A stretch of DNA of 64,000 nt, taken from the NCBI GenBank assembly GCA_047611265.1, contig JBLFWM010000001.1, forward strand, positions 230,209-294,208, written 5' to 3'. Within the stretch, counting starts at the first letter, position 1; the number at the start of each line of letters is the position of its first letter. Source of the DNA: Gammaproteobacteria bacterium. Its GTDB lineage: Bacteria; Pseudomonadota; Gammaproteobacteria; GCA-002705445; GCA-002716945. A program made the position numbers and the translations under genes. Shown piece by piece: positions 10,326-23,816 of this stretch. The notes under the pieces are model-generated. The model did not search any database, had not been told where the DNA came from, and saw only the letters and a program-made list of their open reading frames with translations.

Positions 10326-11040
10326 TGAAAACTCTTATTAAATTATATATTTCATTATTCCCAGATATAAAGGGTATATGACCCAAGCCTGGAATCACCT
10401 CCTCTATAATGCGATTATTATTCATCGTATATGTCTCTTCATTGCTCATAAAATGATCTTTCTCGGTATTGATTAGGAGTATATCTTTTTGTCTATCAAA
10501 ACCACAGTTAATACTTGCTGAGGTTTTCAAATCATCTAAATTCTCCAACAATACCGATGTATTAGGCAAACTATTATCAGTGAATGTCTTGATAAGATAG
10601 GAGAACTCGGTTTTATAATATTTAGAGTTCTTAACGCACTCATACATAAATTTTTTTAAAGATTCTTTTTTATTAATAGCTAGAGAAGTTTGTAGAGCAG
10701 CTATATTTCCTAAGTTTAAGATTTTATTTTCCTGGTCTTCTGTGTCTAAATTACAGTTAATTAATATGAGTTTTTTAATATTTTGTTGATAATTCTGAAA
10801 ACTATTTAACGCTAACAATCCTCCATATGAATATCCTACTATAATTGTATCTTTTTCAGCTCTTTCAAAAATACTGTCACAGTATTTCTGGGGGCTAATA
10901 TTTAATAGGCTGTTACTCCCATATCCTGGCAAATCATACATATGAATATTAAAATTATTTTTAAAAAATTTGTCTAAATGACACCAGACGCGTCTATCAA
11001 ATAGCCATCCATGTAAAAAAATTATATTTGAATCATGCAT
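10315..11040 (-). CDS. bioH: pimeloyl-ACP methyl ester esterase BioH-like alpha/beta hydrolase
   Basis: N-terminus IFLHGWLFDRRVWCHLDKFF…YDLPGYGSN aligns with E. coli BioH (LLHGWGLNAEVWRCIDEEL…VDLPGFGRS). GYSYGG nucleophile elbow present. 11-nt overlap with bioC. Confidence 0.65.
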   Translation of the reverse strand: MHDSNIIFLHGWLFDRRVWCHLDKFFKNNFNIHMYDLPGYGSNSLLNISPQKYCDSIFERAEKDTIIVGYSYGGLLALNSFQNYQQNIKKLILINCNLDTEDQENKILNLGNIAALQTSLAINKKESLKKFMYECVKNSKYYKTEFSYLIKTFTDNSLPNTSVLLENLDDLKTSASINCGFDRQKDILLINTEKDHFMSNEETYTMNNNRIIEEVIPGLGHIPFISGNNEIYNLIRVFIDN

Positions 11041-11092
11041 ATTATATAAAGCTTAACTATTATTAATCTAATAATAATTATATATTAATCAG

Positions 11093-11683
11093 ATGTTAGA
11101 AAATATCATCAACTTAGAAATGCTTCTTATTTCCATAGTATTATACCTTATAGGTTCAATACCATTTGCCATTATAAGTTCAAAAATATTTAATTCACCA
11201 GATCCCAGGTCTTTTGGCTCAAAAAATCCTGGGGCAACTAATGTACTAAGAAGCGGTAATAAGTATGCTGCCCTTTTAACACTAATTGGCGATGGTTTTA
11301 AAGGACTTATACCTGTTCTTTTTTTGGTAGAAATGAATATTCCAGTCTATCAAGTTTACCTCCTGTCATTTTTTTTATTAATAGGACATGTTTTTCCTAT
11401 TACATTAAATTTTAAAGGCGGCAAAGGTGTTGCTACATCTATTGGCATTCTGATTGCACTAAACTACATAACAGCAGGATTGTTAATTATGACCTGGTTA
11501 TTTATGTATTATATTTTTAAAGTGTCTGGGCTGTCCGCACTGATTGGTTTTTTACTCTTACCATTGTTTATGTTTATAGCATCAGCTGGTCTATATATGA
11601 CAGCCATATCATTTGCCAATATGCTGTTCATATTTATGACACATAAAAAAAATATTGTAGATTTCTTGTCAAACGAATCTTGA
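11093..11683 (+). CDS. plsY: glycerol-3-phosphate acyltransferase PlsY
   Basis: 196 aa membrane protein with the PlsY motif GSKNPGATNVLRSG. Confidence 0.9.
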   Translation: MLENIINLEMLLISIVLYLIGSIPFAIISSKIFNSPDPRSFGSKNPGATNVLRSGNKYAALLTLIGDGFKGLIPVLFLVEMNIPVYQVYLLSFFLLIGHVFPITLNFKGGKGVATSIGILIALNYITAGLLIMTWLFMYYIFKVSGLSALIGFLLLPLFMFIASAGLYMTAISFANMLFIFMTHKKNIVDFLSNES

Positions 11684-12664
11684 CGAAGGATTAGGATTTA
11701 TTTCAAGAGAGTTATTTGTTGATATTTTTGATGACTTTAACCAGCCCATATAAGCTATCATTGCACCATTATCAGTACTATAGGCCATGTCTGGAAAAAA
11801 GATTTTTTTTTCACCCTTCTCTGCATTACATCTAGCTCTGAGTTTTTTATTAGCACTTACCCCGCCAGCAATTACTATATTCTCTATGTTATATTCTCTA
11901 GCAGCTCTTAAAGTTTTTGTAATTAATACGTCAATAATTGCATTTTCAAAATCATAAGCAATGTCTGATATTAATAAATCACTCAATTTAGTTTTATTGA
12001 TCAATTGTGTAACATGAGTTTTAAGTCCACTAAAACTAAAATTATAACAACTTGTTTTAATCATAGGTCTTGGGAACTTGTATGAAGACTTGCTGGTTTT
12101 AGAAGATGCTTTTGAAATCTCAGGGCCTCCCGGATATGGCAGACCTAGATGTCTAGCTACTTTATCAAAAACCTCTCCCGCGGAATCATCAAGAGTTTTC
12201 CCAAGCACTTTATAAGCCGAGTTATCTTTAACTAAAGTTAGTATCGTATGACCTCCAGACACCAGCAATGAAATGAATGGTAGCGTTAGCTCTTTTTCCG
12301 TAATCATAGGTGAAAATATATGTGCTTCTAAATGGTCTATCTCTATTGACTTAATTTTAAGAGACCAAGCTAAAGATTTGGCAAAAGATGCTCCTGTTAA
12401 GAGAGGTCCAAGCAGACCTGGACCATTAGTGAATGCAATTAAACCAATATCTGATAAAGAGGTTTCTTTTTCATTTAATAATTGATCGAGTAAGGGAACT
12501 AATTTTAAAACATGATCTCTTGAGGCTAGTTCAGGGACAACCCCTCCATATTTACCATGTATATCATGTTGGGAATTGACAACATGACCTATCATGCCCT
12601 TTTCTGAATCAAATAATGCCAAACCTGTCTCATCACAAGAAGATTCTATGCCCAAAACTATCAT
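11669..12664 (-). CDS. tsaD: tRNA N6-threonylcarbamoyladenosine synthase TsaD
   Basis: N-terminus MIVLGIESSCDETGLALFD (Kae1/YgjD family). Divergent from rpsU, as in E. coli. Confidence 0.9.
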   Translation of the reverse strand: MIVLGIESSCDETGLALFDSEKGMIGHVVNSQHDIHGKYGGVVPELASRDHVLKLVPLLDQLLNEKETSLSDIGLIAFTNGPGLLGPLLTGASFAKSLAWSLKIKSIEIDHLEAHIFSPMITEKELTLPFISLLVSGGHTILTLVKDNSAYKVLGKTLDDSAGEVFDKVARHLGLPYPGGPEISKASSKTSKSSYKFPRPMIKTSCYNFSFSGLKTHVTQLINKTKLSDLLISDIAYDFENAIIDVLITKTLRAAREYNIENIVIAGGVSANKKLRARCNAEKGEKKIFFPDMAYSTDNGAMIAYMGWLKSSKISTNNSLEINPNPSSRFV

Positions 12665-12750
12665 GTAAACCTCAAAGTTGCTTTAAATCTATTGCTTTAT
12701 TAATATAATCAAGTAATATTACGCCATTATAAACTATTTTAAATAATTTT

Positions 12751-12975
12751 ATGCCAAGTGTACAAATTAGAGAAAACGAACCTTTTGAAATTGCCTTAAG
12801 AAGGTTTAAAAGAGGTTGCGAAAAAGCTGGGATCTTAACCGAGACTCGTCGAAGAGAATTCTATGAGAAGCCAACAGCTATGAGAAAAAGAAAAGATGCT
12901 GCAGCTACAAAACGACATAAAAGGAAGATTAGTATGTCTGCAATAAGAAAAAAACCTCCATACAAAAAATTCTAA
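12751..12975 (+). CDS. rpsU: 30S ribosomal protein S21
   Basis: 74 aa, [21 protein letters not shown]…, near-identical in pattern to enterobacterial S21. Confidence 0.95.
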   Translation: MPSVQIRENEPFEIALRRFKRGCEKAGILTETRRREFYEKPTAMRKRKDAAATKRHKRKISMSAIRKKPPYKKF

Positions 12976-12979
12976 CTCA

Positions 12980-13438
12980 TTGATGTCTGATCAATCAACC
13001 AAATTAAAAATACAAGAAGATCTTATTCGTTTCATGAAATCTGGCGAGAAAGAAAAGGTCGAAATTCTTAGATTTGCATCATCTTTTATAAAACAAGAAG
13101 AAAAAGATAAGGGTATAATTCTTTCTGAAAGCCAGACAATACAGGTCATAAAAAAAGTTCTTAAGAGAAACCAGGAATCATTTGATCAGTTTACTAAAGC
13201 TGGAAGGATTGATTTAGCTGATAAAGAAAAAAAAGAGATGGACATTGTTGGTATATATCTGCCTGAAGAAATGCCTGAAGATGAAATAATAAAAGCGATA
13301 AAGGAATCAATAAAAAACTGTCAAGCTGACTCCATTAAAGATATGGGAAAAGTGATGGCTGACGTGAAAAAACTCCATGGGGATAACGCAGATATGTCAT
13401 TGGTTAGCAGGCATGTTAAACAGCTTTTAGATAAATAA
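12980..13438 (+). CDS. yqeY: GatB/YqeY domain protein
   Basis: 152 aa, YqeY-like sequence, in the conserved position downstream of rpsU. Confidence 0.75.
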   Translation: MMSDQSTKLKIQEDLIRFMKSGEKEKVEILRFASSFIKQEEKDKGIILSESQTIQVIKKVLKRNQESFDQFTKAGRIDLADKEKKEMDIVGIYLPEEMPEDEIIKAIKESIKNCQADSIKDMGKVMADVKKLHGDNADMSLVSRHVKQLLDK

Positions 13439-13507
13439 TTAATTTAATTAAAAACAATGTCCTGCAATAAGTTAGTTATCCAGTCTAGATATATAGTATA
13501 ATTTTAA

Positions 13508-15986
<2,479 letters not shown>

Positions 15987-15990
15987 GATT

Positions 15991-16497
15991 ATGGATTTTA
16001 AGAATATATTCATAATTGGCTCAATGGGCTCTGGGAAAACTTCCATAGGAAAAATACTGGCAAAAAATAACCATTTATCTTTTCTTGATACTGATCATGA
16101 AATAATAAGAAGTTGCGGATATAGTATTCCTGATATTTTTGAAAAATTTGGTGAGGAGCACTTTAGAAACTTAGAAACCGAACAGTTAAGAAAAATGGAT
16201 GCTATAGAGAATCATATTATTTCCACAGGTGGCGGAATAGTACTAAAAGATGATAATAAAAAACTAATGAAAAGTCTTGGTCTTATAATTTTTCTGGATA
16301 TCAATATTAGCTCTCAAATGGATAGAGTTAAAAATAGAAAAAACAGACCATTATTAAATGACAAGAATTTAAAAGATAATTTATTATCTTTAAAAAAAAT
16401 AAGAGATCCTATATATAAAAAAATTTCTAACTATATAATAGATGTATCTGGAAAAGAAAGAAATCAGGTTATTAATGAAATACAAAAAATAATATGA
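15991..16497 (+). CDS. aroK: shikimate kinase
   Basis: 168 aa with Walker A GSMGSGKTSIGK and a DTD motif. Confidence 0.85.
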   Translation: MDFKNIFIIGSMGSGKTSIGKILAKNNHLSFLDTDHEIIRSCGYSIPDIFEKFGEEHFRNLETEQLRKMDAIENHIISTGGGIVLKDDNKKLMKSLGLIIFLDINISSQMDRVKNRKNRPLLNDKNLKDNLLSLKKIRDPIYKKISNYIIDVSGKERNQVINEIQKII

Positions 16498-17570
16498 AAA
16501 AGATTTTATTTAAAATTGAAGGCAAAAATATACCGATAATTATAGGTAATGAGATATGTAGTAAAACTTCTATTTCAAAGTATATTGACTATAAAGACGT
16601 CGTTATAATAACTAATACTAGAATAGCCAAGCTTCATCTAAAAAATCTTGAGAGGTCTTTAAAAAGCTTTAATATAAAAACTCTTATACTTCCTGACGGA
16701 GAAAAATATAAAAATATCTCGTCATTAAACAAAGTTCATGATTTTTTAATTAAAAGTAAATTTAATAGGAATTTGACTGTGATTGCTTTGGGTGGAGGAG
16801 TTATAGGCGACCTTGCAGGCTTTGCTTCAGATACTTTTCTCAGGGGTGTAAACTTAATTCATATTCCCACAACATTATTGGCTCAAGTAGATTCTTCGAT
16901 TGGTGGAAAGACAGGAGTTAACCATAAATATGGTAAAAATCTAATAGGTAGTTTTAAACATCCCGTGGCAATCTTTATTGATACAAGCTATTTGAAAACA
17001 CTACCACAAAAGGAATATATTTCAGGATTATCTGAGGTTGTTAAATATGGAGCAATTGGAGATAAAGTATTTTTAAAATGGTTAAATAAAAACTCTAAAT
17101 TAATTTTAGAAAGAGATTCTGTTAGCCTAATTAAATTAATTACAAATTCAGTTAAAGCGAAAGTTTCTGTTGTTCAAAAAGATGAAAAAGAGTCAAATAT
17201 AAGAGCTCATCTTAATTTTGGACATACTCTAGGACATGCTATAGAGTCATCGCTGAATTACAAAGGAGTCAGTCATGGTGAAGCAGTAAGCATAGGGATG
17301 CTATTTGCCTCGGCAATATCTGTCGAAAAGAGTGATTTAAAAATTGATGAATTTAACCTTATAGAAAATACATTGGCTAATTTCTCTCTACCAGTAAGAA
17401 TACCCTCTTCTATTACATGCGCTAAAATTTTGCAAAATATGACGTATGATAAAAAAAATAGGGAGGGTAAAATAAATTTTGTCCTACTTACATCGATTGG
17501 CTCATGCTGCCTGAATGATCATATTAGTGATAGCTATATATTGGGATTGCTTAAAACTTTTCAAGCATAA
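16494..17570 (+). CDS. aroB: 3-dehydroquinate synthase
   Basis: 358 aa with the GGGVIGDLAGFA NAD-binding motif. It overlaps aroK by 4 nt, the classic aroK-aroB pair. Confidence 0.85.
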   Translation: MKKILFKIEGKNIPIIIGNEICSKTSISKYIDYKDVVIITNTRIAKLHLKNLERSLKSFNIKTLILPDGEKYKNISSLNKVHDFLIKSKFNRNLTVIALGGGVIGDLAGFASDTFLRGVNLIHIPTTLLAQVDSSIGGKTGVNHKYGKNLIGSFKHPVAIFIDTSYLKTLPQKEYISGLSEVVKYGAIGDKVFLKWLNKNSKLILERDSVSLIKLITNSVKAKVSVVQKDEKESNIRAHLNFGHTLGHAIESSLNYKGVSHGEAVSIGMLFASAISVEKSDLKIDEFNLIENTLANFSLPVRIPSSITCAKILQNMTYDKKNREGKINFVLLTSIGSCCLNDHISDSYILGLLKTFQA

Positions 17571-17602
17571 ATCCATAAATAATATGCTAATATCTAACTG
17601 AT

Positions 17603-20600
17603 ATGAAAAATAAGTTTAAACATAGCCAGGATGGTCTTTATAACCCTTTATTCGAAAGGGATAACTGTGGTTTTGGCCTTATAACTCAAATGGATAATAT
17701 TCCATCTCACTGGGTCATAGATACAAGTATAAAAGCTCTACAGAGATTGACTCATAGAGGAGCAATTTCTGATGATGGCAAAACCAGTGACGGCTGTGGG
17801 TTATTAATAAAAAAACCTGATTCATTTTTTAGATCTATAGCTAAAGACATGGGTATTGAGCTAGGTTTAAATTATGCATTTGGTCCAGTTTTTTTAGATA
17901 AAAGTAATCAAAAAAAGTGCATGGAGACACTCCATTTTCAGCTGAGAAAGTTAGGTTTAAATATTGAGGGTTGGAGAAACGTTCCTGTTAACAAAGATGC
18001 CTGCGGGAAAGATGCCTTATCAAGCCTGCCAATAATAAAACAGATTATTGTTACAGCTCCAGATGAGATGCTAGAGACTGAATTTGAAAAAAAATTATAT
18101 ATTGCGAGAATACAAGCGGAAAAAATTTTAGCTGATGATAATGTTTTCTATATACCTAGTCTCTCTGCAAAAGTTATTTCGTATAAAGGATTAATAATTT
18201 CAGATTATATTAAAGACTTTTATCCTGATTTAACTAATAAAAAAATGAAAACATCTTTATGCGTTTTTCATCAAAGATTCTCAACCAATACATTGCCTCA
18301 ATGGAAGTTAGCTCAACCATTTAGACATCTTGCGCATAATGGAGAAATTAATACTATCCAAGGAAATAGAAACTGGTATCTAGCTAGGCGCGCCAAGCTT
18401 AGTATTGAATCTCTTCCGGAATTAAACAAGCTTCACCCTTTAATCTCTAGAACTGATTCTGATTCATATACTTTAGATAATATGCTTGAGCTTCTATTGG
18501 CTGGTGATATGGGAATATTTAGAGCAATGAGAACACTGATGCCTCCAGCATGGCAAAATAATAAAAATATCGATGAAAAATTAAAAGCCTGTTATGAGTA
18601 TCATTCTATGCATATGGAGCCATGGGATGGTCCGGCAGGAGTAGTTCTTACAGATGGAAGGTATGCTGCATGTGCACTAGATAGAAATGGATTAAGACCT
18701 GCAAGATATGTCATAACAAAGGACCGTCATATAACATTAGCATCAGAAATTGGAGTTTATGATTATAACAATGAAGATATAGTAGAAAAAGGTAGGCTAG
18801 CCCCAGGTGAAATGTTAGCCGTAGATACTGAAAAAGGTGAGATTTTATTAACAGACCAAATAGATCATATTTTAAAAGATAGACACCCTTATTTGTCATG
18901 GCTAAAGAAGCACTCTATAAAAGCTCCAGATTATGTAGCTGAAAAAGAAGAGTCATTAAATTTTACAGAGAATAAATTACTCTTATTTAAAAAATATTTT
19001 ACTGTTTCTTTTGAAGAAGAAAAGGAGATAATAGCTCCTCTTGCGGAAATTGGGCAAGAAGCAACTGGTTCCATGGGTGATGATACTCCTATGCCAGTTC
19101 TATCAAAACATAATAGATCAATATATGATTATTTCAGACAGCAGTTCGCTCAGGTAACAAATCCTCCTATAGATCCATTAAGGGAAGCTAGTGTTATGTC
19201 GCTAGAAGTATGTTTTGGGAAAGAGAGAAATTTATTTGAAGAATCTGCCAAACATGCAGATAGGTTGATACTTAGTTCACCAGTTTTAGACAGACAAACA
19301 TACTTGTCGATATTAACCTCAAAACAAAAGAAATATCCTCATGATATTATTGATTTAAATTATGATGCATCGTTAGATTTAGAAGAAGCTATTAATACAA
19401 TATGTGACCGTGCAACTAGAAGTGTTAAAAAAGGTAATATAACAATAGTATTATCTGATAAAAAAATAAGCAAAAATCAATTGATAATTCCAGCTCCTAT
19501 GGCTATAGGAGCAGTTCATCATAAACTGATAGACGCAGGACTGAGGTGTGATACAAATTTAATTATTGAAACCGGTTCTGCTAGAAATCCACATCACTAT
19601 GCTGTGCTATTAGGATATGGGGCTACAGCTATCTATCCATATTTAGCATATGAGATATTAAATGAGATGGTCGGTAAAAATAAAATCTCTGTAAAAAAAT
19701 ATGGTGAGTCTGTAGGGAATTATATAAAAGGAATAAATAAAGGTATATTAAAAATAATGTCAAAAATGGGAATATCATGTGTCTCTAGTTATAGAGGTGC
19801 CCAGTTATTTGAGATTGTAGGTTTACATGAAAAAATAGTTGACCTGTGTTTTAAAGATACCATTAGTCGTATTTCTGGTTCAGATTTTTCAGACATACAA
19901 AAAGATTTAGAAGAAAACAGAGTTACTGCATGGGATGTATCTAAAGAAATAAAAACAGGTGGTCTTTTAAAATATGTTCACAACGAAGAACATCATGATT
20001 ATAATCCAGATATTGTTAAATCTTTACAGGAGTGTGTGAGCACTGGATATTATGAGGATTATAGAAAATATGCTGATCTTGTTAATGGGAGAAACCCAAG
20101 TTTTATGCGAGATTTATTATCTCTAAAACCAACTTCAAAGAAAATTTCTATAACAAAAGTTGAATCAATTAAAAAAATATTCCATAGATTTGATACAGCG
20201 GGAATGTCTTTGGGCGCCTTGTCACCGGAAGCACATGAAGCGCTGGCGATTGCAATGAACACTTTAGGTGGACGCTCTAATTCAGGGGAAGGCGGAGAAG
20301 ATAAAAAAAGATTTAACACTAGTAAAAATTCTAAAATAAAACAAGTAGCTTCAGGAAGATTTGGTGTTACACCCCACTACCTTGTGAATGCAGAAGTAAT
20401 TCAAATAAAAATTGCGCAAGGTGCAAAACCAGGAGAAGGAGGTCAACTCCCAGGAGATAAAGTTAATGAGATGATTGCGGAACTTAGATTTTCGGTACCT
20501 GGTGTAACTTTAATCTCACCTCCTCCACATCATGATATATATTCAATTGAAGATTTAGCTCAACTTATTTTTGACCTTAAGCAAGTAAATAGTAAAGCAT

Positions 20601-22057
20601 TAATATCCGTTAAATTAGTCTCGCAAGCAGGAGTTGGTACTATTGCAGCTGGAGTAGCCAAAGCATATGCAGATTTAATTACCATCTCTGGATATGATGG
20701 AGGAACTGGCGCCAGCCCATTAACTTCAGTTAAATATGCAGGGAGTCCATGGGAGCTAGGAATAAGCGAAGCCCATCAAACACTAATGATGAATAATTTG
20801 AGACATAAAGTTAGACTGCAAACGGATGGTGGTTTGAAAACAGGATTGGATATTGTAAAAGGAGCGATGCTTGGAGCAGAAAGTTTTGGTTTTGGAACAT
20901 CAGTAATGGTTGCATTAGGTTGTAAATATTTAAGAATATGTCATTTAAATAATTGTGCAACTGGTGTTGCTACTCAAAATAAAATTCTCCGTCTGAACCA
21001 CTTTAGTGGTAGCCCAGATAGGGTTGTAAATTATTTTAAATTTGTTGCACAAGATGTTAGAGAAATACTCGCGGAATTAGGATTCTCTTCGCTAAGTGAA
21101 ATTATTGGTAGAACAGATTTATTAAAACAAGTTAAAGGTAATACAGATAAACATAAAAAACTAAATCTAAAAAAACTATTAGTATCAGTTAAAAATGGTA
21201 GTCCGAAGTACTGTACTGCAAAATCTAACAAACCATTTGATCAAGCTATTTTAGCTAAAAAAATTCTCAAAGATGCACTTCCATTTATAAAGAAAAAAGA
21301 AAAAGCAGTATTGTCTTATAAAATAAAAAATTTTAATAGGAGTATTGGTGCAAATATATCAGGAGAAATTGCCCGCTTATATGGTAATTATGGTTTAAAA
21401 ACCAAACCAATCACGCTACAACTTGAAGGGACAGCCGGGCAAAGCCTAGGTGTATGGAATGCAGGTGGTTTAAATATTACTTTAACTGGTGACGCAAATG
21501 ACTATGTTGGCAAAGGAATGGCTGGTGGAAAAATTATTATTAAAGTACCAAAAATACTAAAAGAATTAGCAAAGAAAATGATTATTATCGGAAATACTTG
21601 TATATATGGGGCAACAGGTGGGAAACTTTTTGCAGAAGGCATTGCGGGAGAAAGGTTTGGCGTTAGGAATTCAGGATGCACGGCAATAATAGAAGGCAGT
21701 GGAGACCATACATGTGAATATATGACCGGAGGATCTATTATAGTCTTGGGAAAAACTGGTAATAACTTTGGTGCTGGTATGACCGGGGGCCTGTCTTTTG
21801 TTTATGATGAAGACAATACTTTTGCTAAAAAAATAAATACCGAATCTGTGGAAACATCAAAACTATCAAAGGTAATATTCACAGAACATCAAAAATATTT
21901 ATTAAAATCATTGAAAGAGTATTATAAAGATACTGGCAGCTATATTGCAAAGTCAATTATTTCAAATTTCAAAGAAGAAATTAATAAATTTATAATCATA
22001 AAACCAAAAGCTTCTGATTTTAAAAGTTTACTGGCGATACTAAATAAGGCTGCGTAA
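17603..22057 (+). CDS. gltB: glutamate synthase (NADPH) large subunit
   Basis: 1484 aa. Ntn-amidotransferase start (…ERDNCGFGL), FMN/Fe-S central domain, C-terminal GXGXG repeats. Confidence 0.95.
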   Translation: MKNKFKHSQDGLYNPLFERDNCGFGLITQMDNIPSHWVIDTSIKALQRLTHRGAISDDGKTSDGCGLLIKKPDSFFRSIAKDMGIELGLNYAFGPVFLDKSNQKKCMETLHFQLRKLGLNIEGWRNVPVNKDACGKDALSSLPIIKQIIVTAPDEMLETEFEKKLYIARIQAEKILADDNVFYIPSLSAKVISYKGLIISDYIKDFYPDLTNKKMKTSLCVFHQRFSTNTLPQWKLAQPFRHLAHNGEINTIQGNRNWYLARRAKLSIESLPELNKLHPLISRTDSDSYTLDNMLELLLAGDMGIFRAMRTLMPPAWQNNKNIDEKLKACYEYHSMHMEPWDGPAGVVLTDGRYAACALDRNGLRPARYVITKDRHITLASEIGVYDYNNEDIVEKGRLAPGEMLAVDTEKGEILLTDQIDHILKDRHPYLSWLKKHSIKAPDYVAEKEESLNFTENKLLLFKKYFTVSFEEEKEIIAPLAEIGQEATGSMGDDTPMPVLSKHNRSIYDYFRQQFAQVTNPPIDPLREASVMSLEVCFGKERNLFEESAKHADRLILSSPVLDRQTYLSILTSKQKKYPHDIIDLNYDASLDLEEAINTICDRATRSVKKGNITIVLSDKKISKNQLIIPAPMAIGAVHHKLIDAGLRCDTNLIIETGSARNPHHYAVLLGYGATAIYPYLAYEILNEMVGKNKISVKKYGESVGNYIKGINKGILKIMSKMGISCVSSYRGAQLFEIVGLHEKIVDLCFKDTISRISGSDFSDIQKDLEENRVTAWDVSKEIKTGGLLKYVHNEEHHDYNPDIVKSLQECVSTGYYEDYRKYADLVNGRNPSFMRDLLSLKPTSKKISITKVESIKKIFHRFDTAGMSLGALSPEAHEALAIAMNTLGGRSNSGEGGEDKKRFNTSKNSKIKQVASGRFGVTPHYLVNAEVIQIKIAQGAKPGEGGQLPGDKVNEMIAELRFSVPGVTLISPPPHHDIYSIEDLAQLIFDLKQVNSKALISVKLVSQAGVGTIAAGVAKAYADLITISGYDGGTGASPLTSVKYAGSPWELGISEAHQTLMMNNLRHKVRLQTDGGLKTGLDIVKGAMLGAESFGFGTSVMVALGCKYLRICHLNNCATGVATQNKILRLNHFSGSPDRVVNYFKFVAQDVREILAELGFSSLSEIIGRTDLLKQVKGNTDKHKKLNLKKLLVSVKNGSPKYCTAKSNKPFDQAILAKKILKDALPFIKKKEKAVLSYKIKNFNRSIGANISGEIARLYGNYGLKTKPITLQLEGTAGQSLGVWNAGGLNITLTGDANDYVGKGMAGGKIIIKVPKILKELAKKMIIIGNTCIYGATGGKLFAEGIAGERFGVRNSGCTAIIEGSGDHTCEYMTGGSIIVLGKTGNNFGAGMTGGLSFVYDEDNTFAKKINTESVETSKLSKVIFTEHQKYLLKSLKEYYKDTGSYIAKSIISNFKEEINKFIIIKPKASDFKSLLAILNKAA

Positions 22058-22058
22058 G

Positions 22059-23759
22059 ATGAGTAGCCTTGATCGAGCATTCATTGATGATTTGCTTTCA
22101 AGAATTGATATTATTGAAGTAATAGGCAATGTAATCCAATTAAAAAAACATGGCAATGGCTATAAAGGCCTTTGTCCATTTCACTCTGAAAATACTCCCT
22201 CATTTAATGTATCTAACACAAAACAGTTTTACCATTGTTTTGGATGTAGCGCGTCGGGAGATGTAATTAAATTCTTAAGAGAACATGATGGTTTAACATT
22301 TATGGAAGCAATTGAAAAATTAGCTTATATGGCAAATGTAGAAATACCCAAAGGGGCTGATAATAAAAATGATGATAGTAAGATTTTACTAGATACAAAT
22401 AAATTAGTTAATGAGCAATATGTAAAAAATTTAGAAAATGATACTAATGCAAAAACATATCTATCAAAAAGAAATATTAATGAAGATATGGTTCAAAACT
22501 TCAATCTTGGTTTATCAAAAGATAGTTGGGATAATATTACCGAACTATTAGTCAAAAAAAATAAGATGAAAGAAGGAGTGGATCTTGGGTTATTAGTTAA
22601 AAATAAAGATAAAATATATGACCGTTTTAGAAACAGAATAATGTTTCCTATTAAAAATACATCTGGAAATATTATTGCATTTGGAGGACGAGCTTTAAGT
22701 AAAGATGATAATGCTAAATATATTAATTCACCTGAGTCAAAATTATTTTATAAAAGTACCGAGGTCTATGGGTTATTTGAGTCGAAACAGTATATAAATA
22801 AAGTAGATCAAATAATAGTTGTAGAAGGATACACTGATGTCATTGCCCTGCACCAAAATGGAATTAAAAATGCTGTTGCAGCTCTTGGTACTGCGTTTAC
22901 AAAATTTCATATTAATAAACTTCTAAGATATAGCAAAAATATAGTTTTTTGTTTTGATGGCGATATAGCGGGCCAGAAAGCAGCATGGAAAGCTCTTGAA
23001 AATTGTCTCCCAGAAATTAGAGATGGAGTTAATATTGGATTTAGTTTTATAGCAGACGGAAAAGATCCAGATGACCTATGCAATGAAGATCCCGAGGCAT
23101 TTAAAACTATCATTGCTAATAGTGTGGCTTTATCTGAATTCATGTTTAATAGTATGAAAAAAAATCTTGATTTAAAAAAAGTTGAAGATAAGACAACTTT
23201 TACAAAAAATATAATTCCATTAATTGAAAAAATTCCAAATGGATTATATAAAAAGCTATTGAAAGAACAATTACTCGGTATAACAAAACTTTCAGAAGCT
23301 GATTTGTTTTTAAAAGAAAAATCTTTAAGGGGTCAAAATACTATAAAAAATAATATAGTCTCAGATAATCTGGAATTAACTGATTCTTTAATTTTATCGA
23401 TTTTTTTAGAACATCCAATATTGTTAGAAAAATTTAGTGGTCAAATTATTGATGTAATAAAAAATCCTGATGTAAAAGAAATGCTTAGTCTAATACAAGA
23501 CATGAAGGTAAATAATACTTTTCAGTTAAATAAATTTTTAGAAATGGACGGAATTAAAAAAGATTTGTTTTTAAAATATTCTTCAGAAAGAATTATGTAT
23601 GCAGATGTTGATTCTGCCAGGCAAACCATCGATTCTATAGTTAGCAATATAGAGGAGAAAAACCATGAGTCTCAATATTTTAGTATACTTAGAAAATTTT
23701 CAGATGGCGAAGGCTTGACTGATGATGAAAAAGCGATCCTTAAAAATTTTAAAAAGTAA
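22059..23759 (+). CDS. dnaG: DNA primase
   Basis: CHC2 zinc finger (CPFHSENTPSFNV…HCFGCSASGD) and a TOPRIM domain (VVEGYTDVIAL). The ATG is 1 nt after the gltB stop. Confidence 0.9.
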   Translation: MSSLDRAFIDDLLSRIDIIEVIGNVIQLKKHGNGYKGLCPFHSENTPSFNVSNTKQFYHCFGCSASGDVIKFLREHDGLTFMEAIEKLAYMANVEIPKGADNKNDDSKILLDTNKLVNEQYVKNLENDTNAKTYLSKRNINEDMVQNFNLGLSKDSWDNITELLVKKNKMKEGVDLGLLVKNKDKIYDRFRNRIMFPIKNTSGNIIAFGGRALSKDDNAKYINSPESKLFYKSTEVYGLFESKQYINKVDQIIVVEGYTDVIALHQNGIKNAVAALGTAFTKFHINKLLRYSKNIVFCFDGDIAGQKAAWKALENCLPEIRDGVNIGFSFIADGKDPDDLCNEDPEAFKTIIANSVALSEFMFNSMKKNLDLKKVEDKTTFTKNIIPLIEKIPNGLYKKLLKEQLLGITKLSEADLFLKEKSLRGQNTIKNNIVSDNLELTDSLILSIFLEHPILLEKFSGQIIDVIKNPDVKEMLSLIQDMKVNNTFQLNKFLEMDGIKKDLFLKYSSERIMYADVDSARQTIDSIVSNIEEKNHESQYFSILRKFSDGEGLTDDEKAILKNFKK

Positions 23760-23816
23760 TAATTCTCTTAGATAATAGTCTAATTTAATGATATATTGGT
23801 TTGAAATTAAAATATC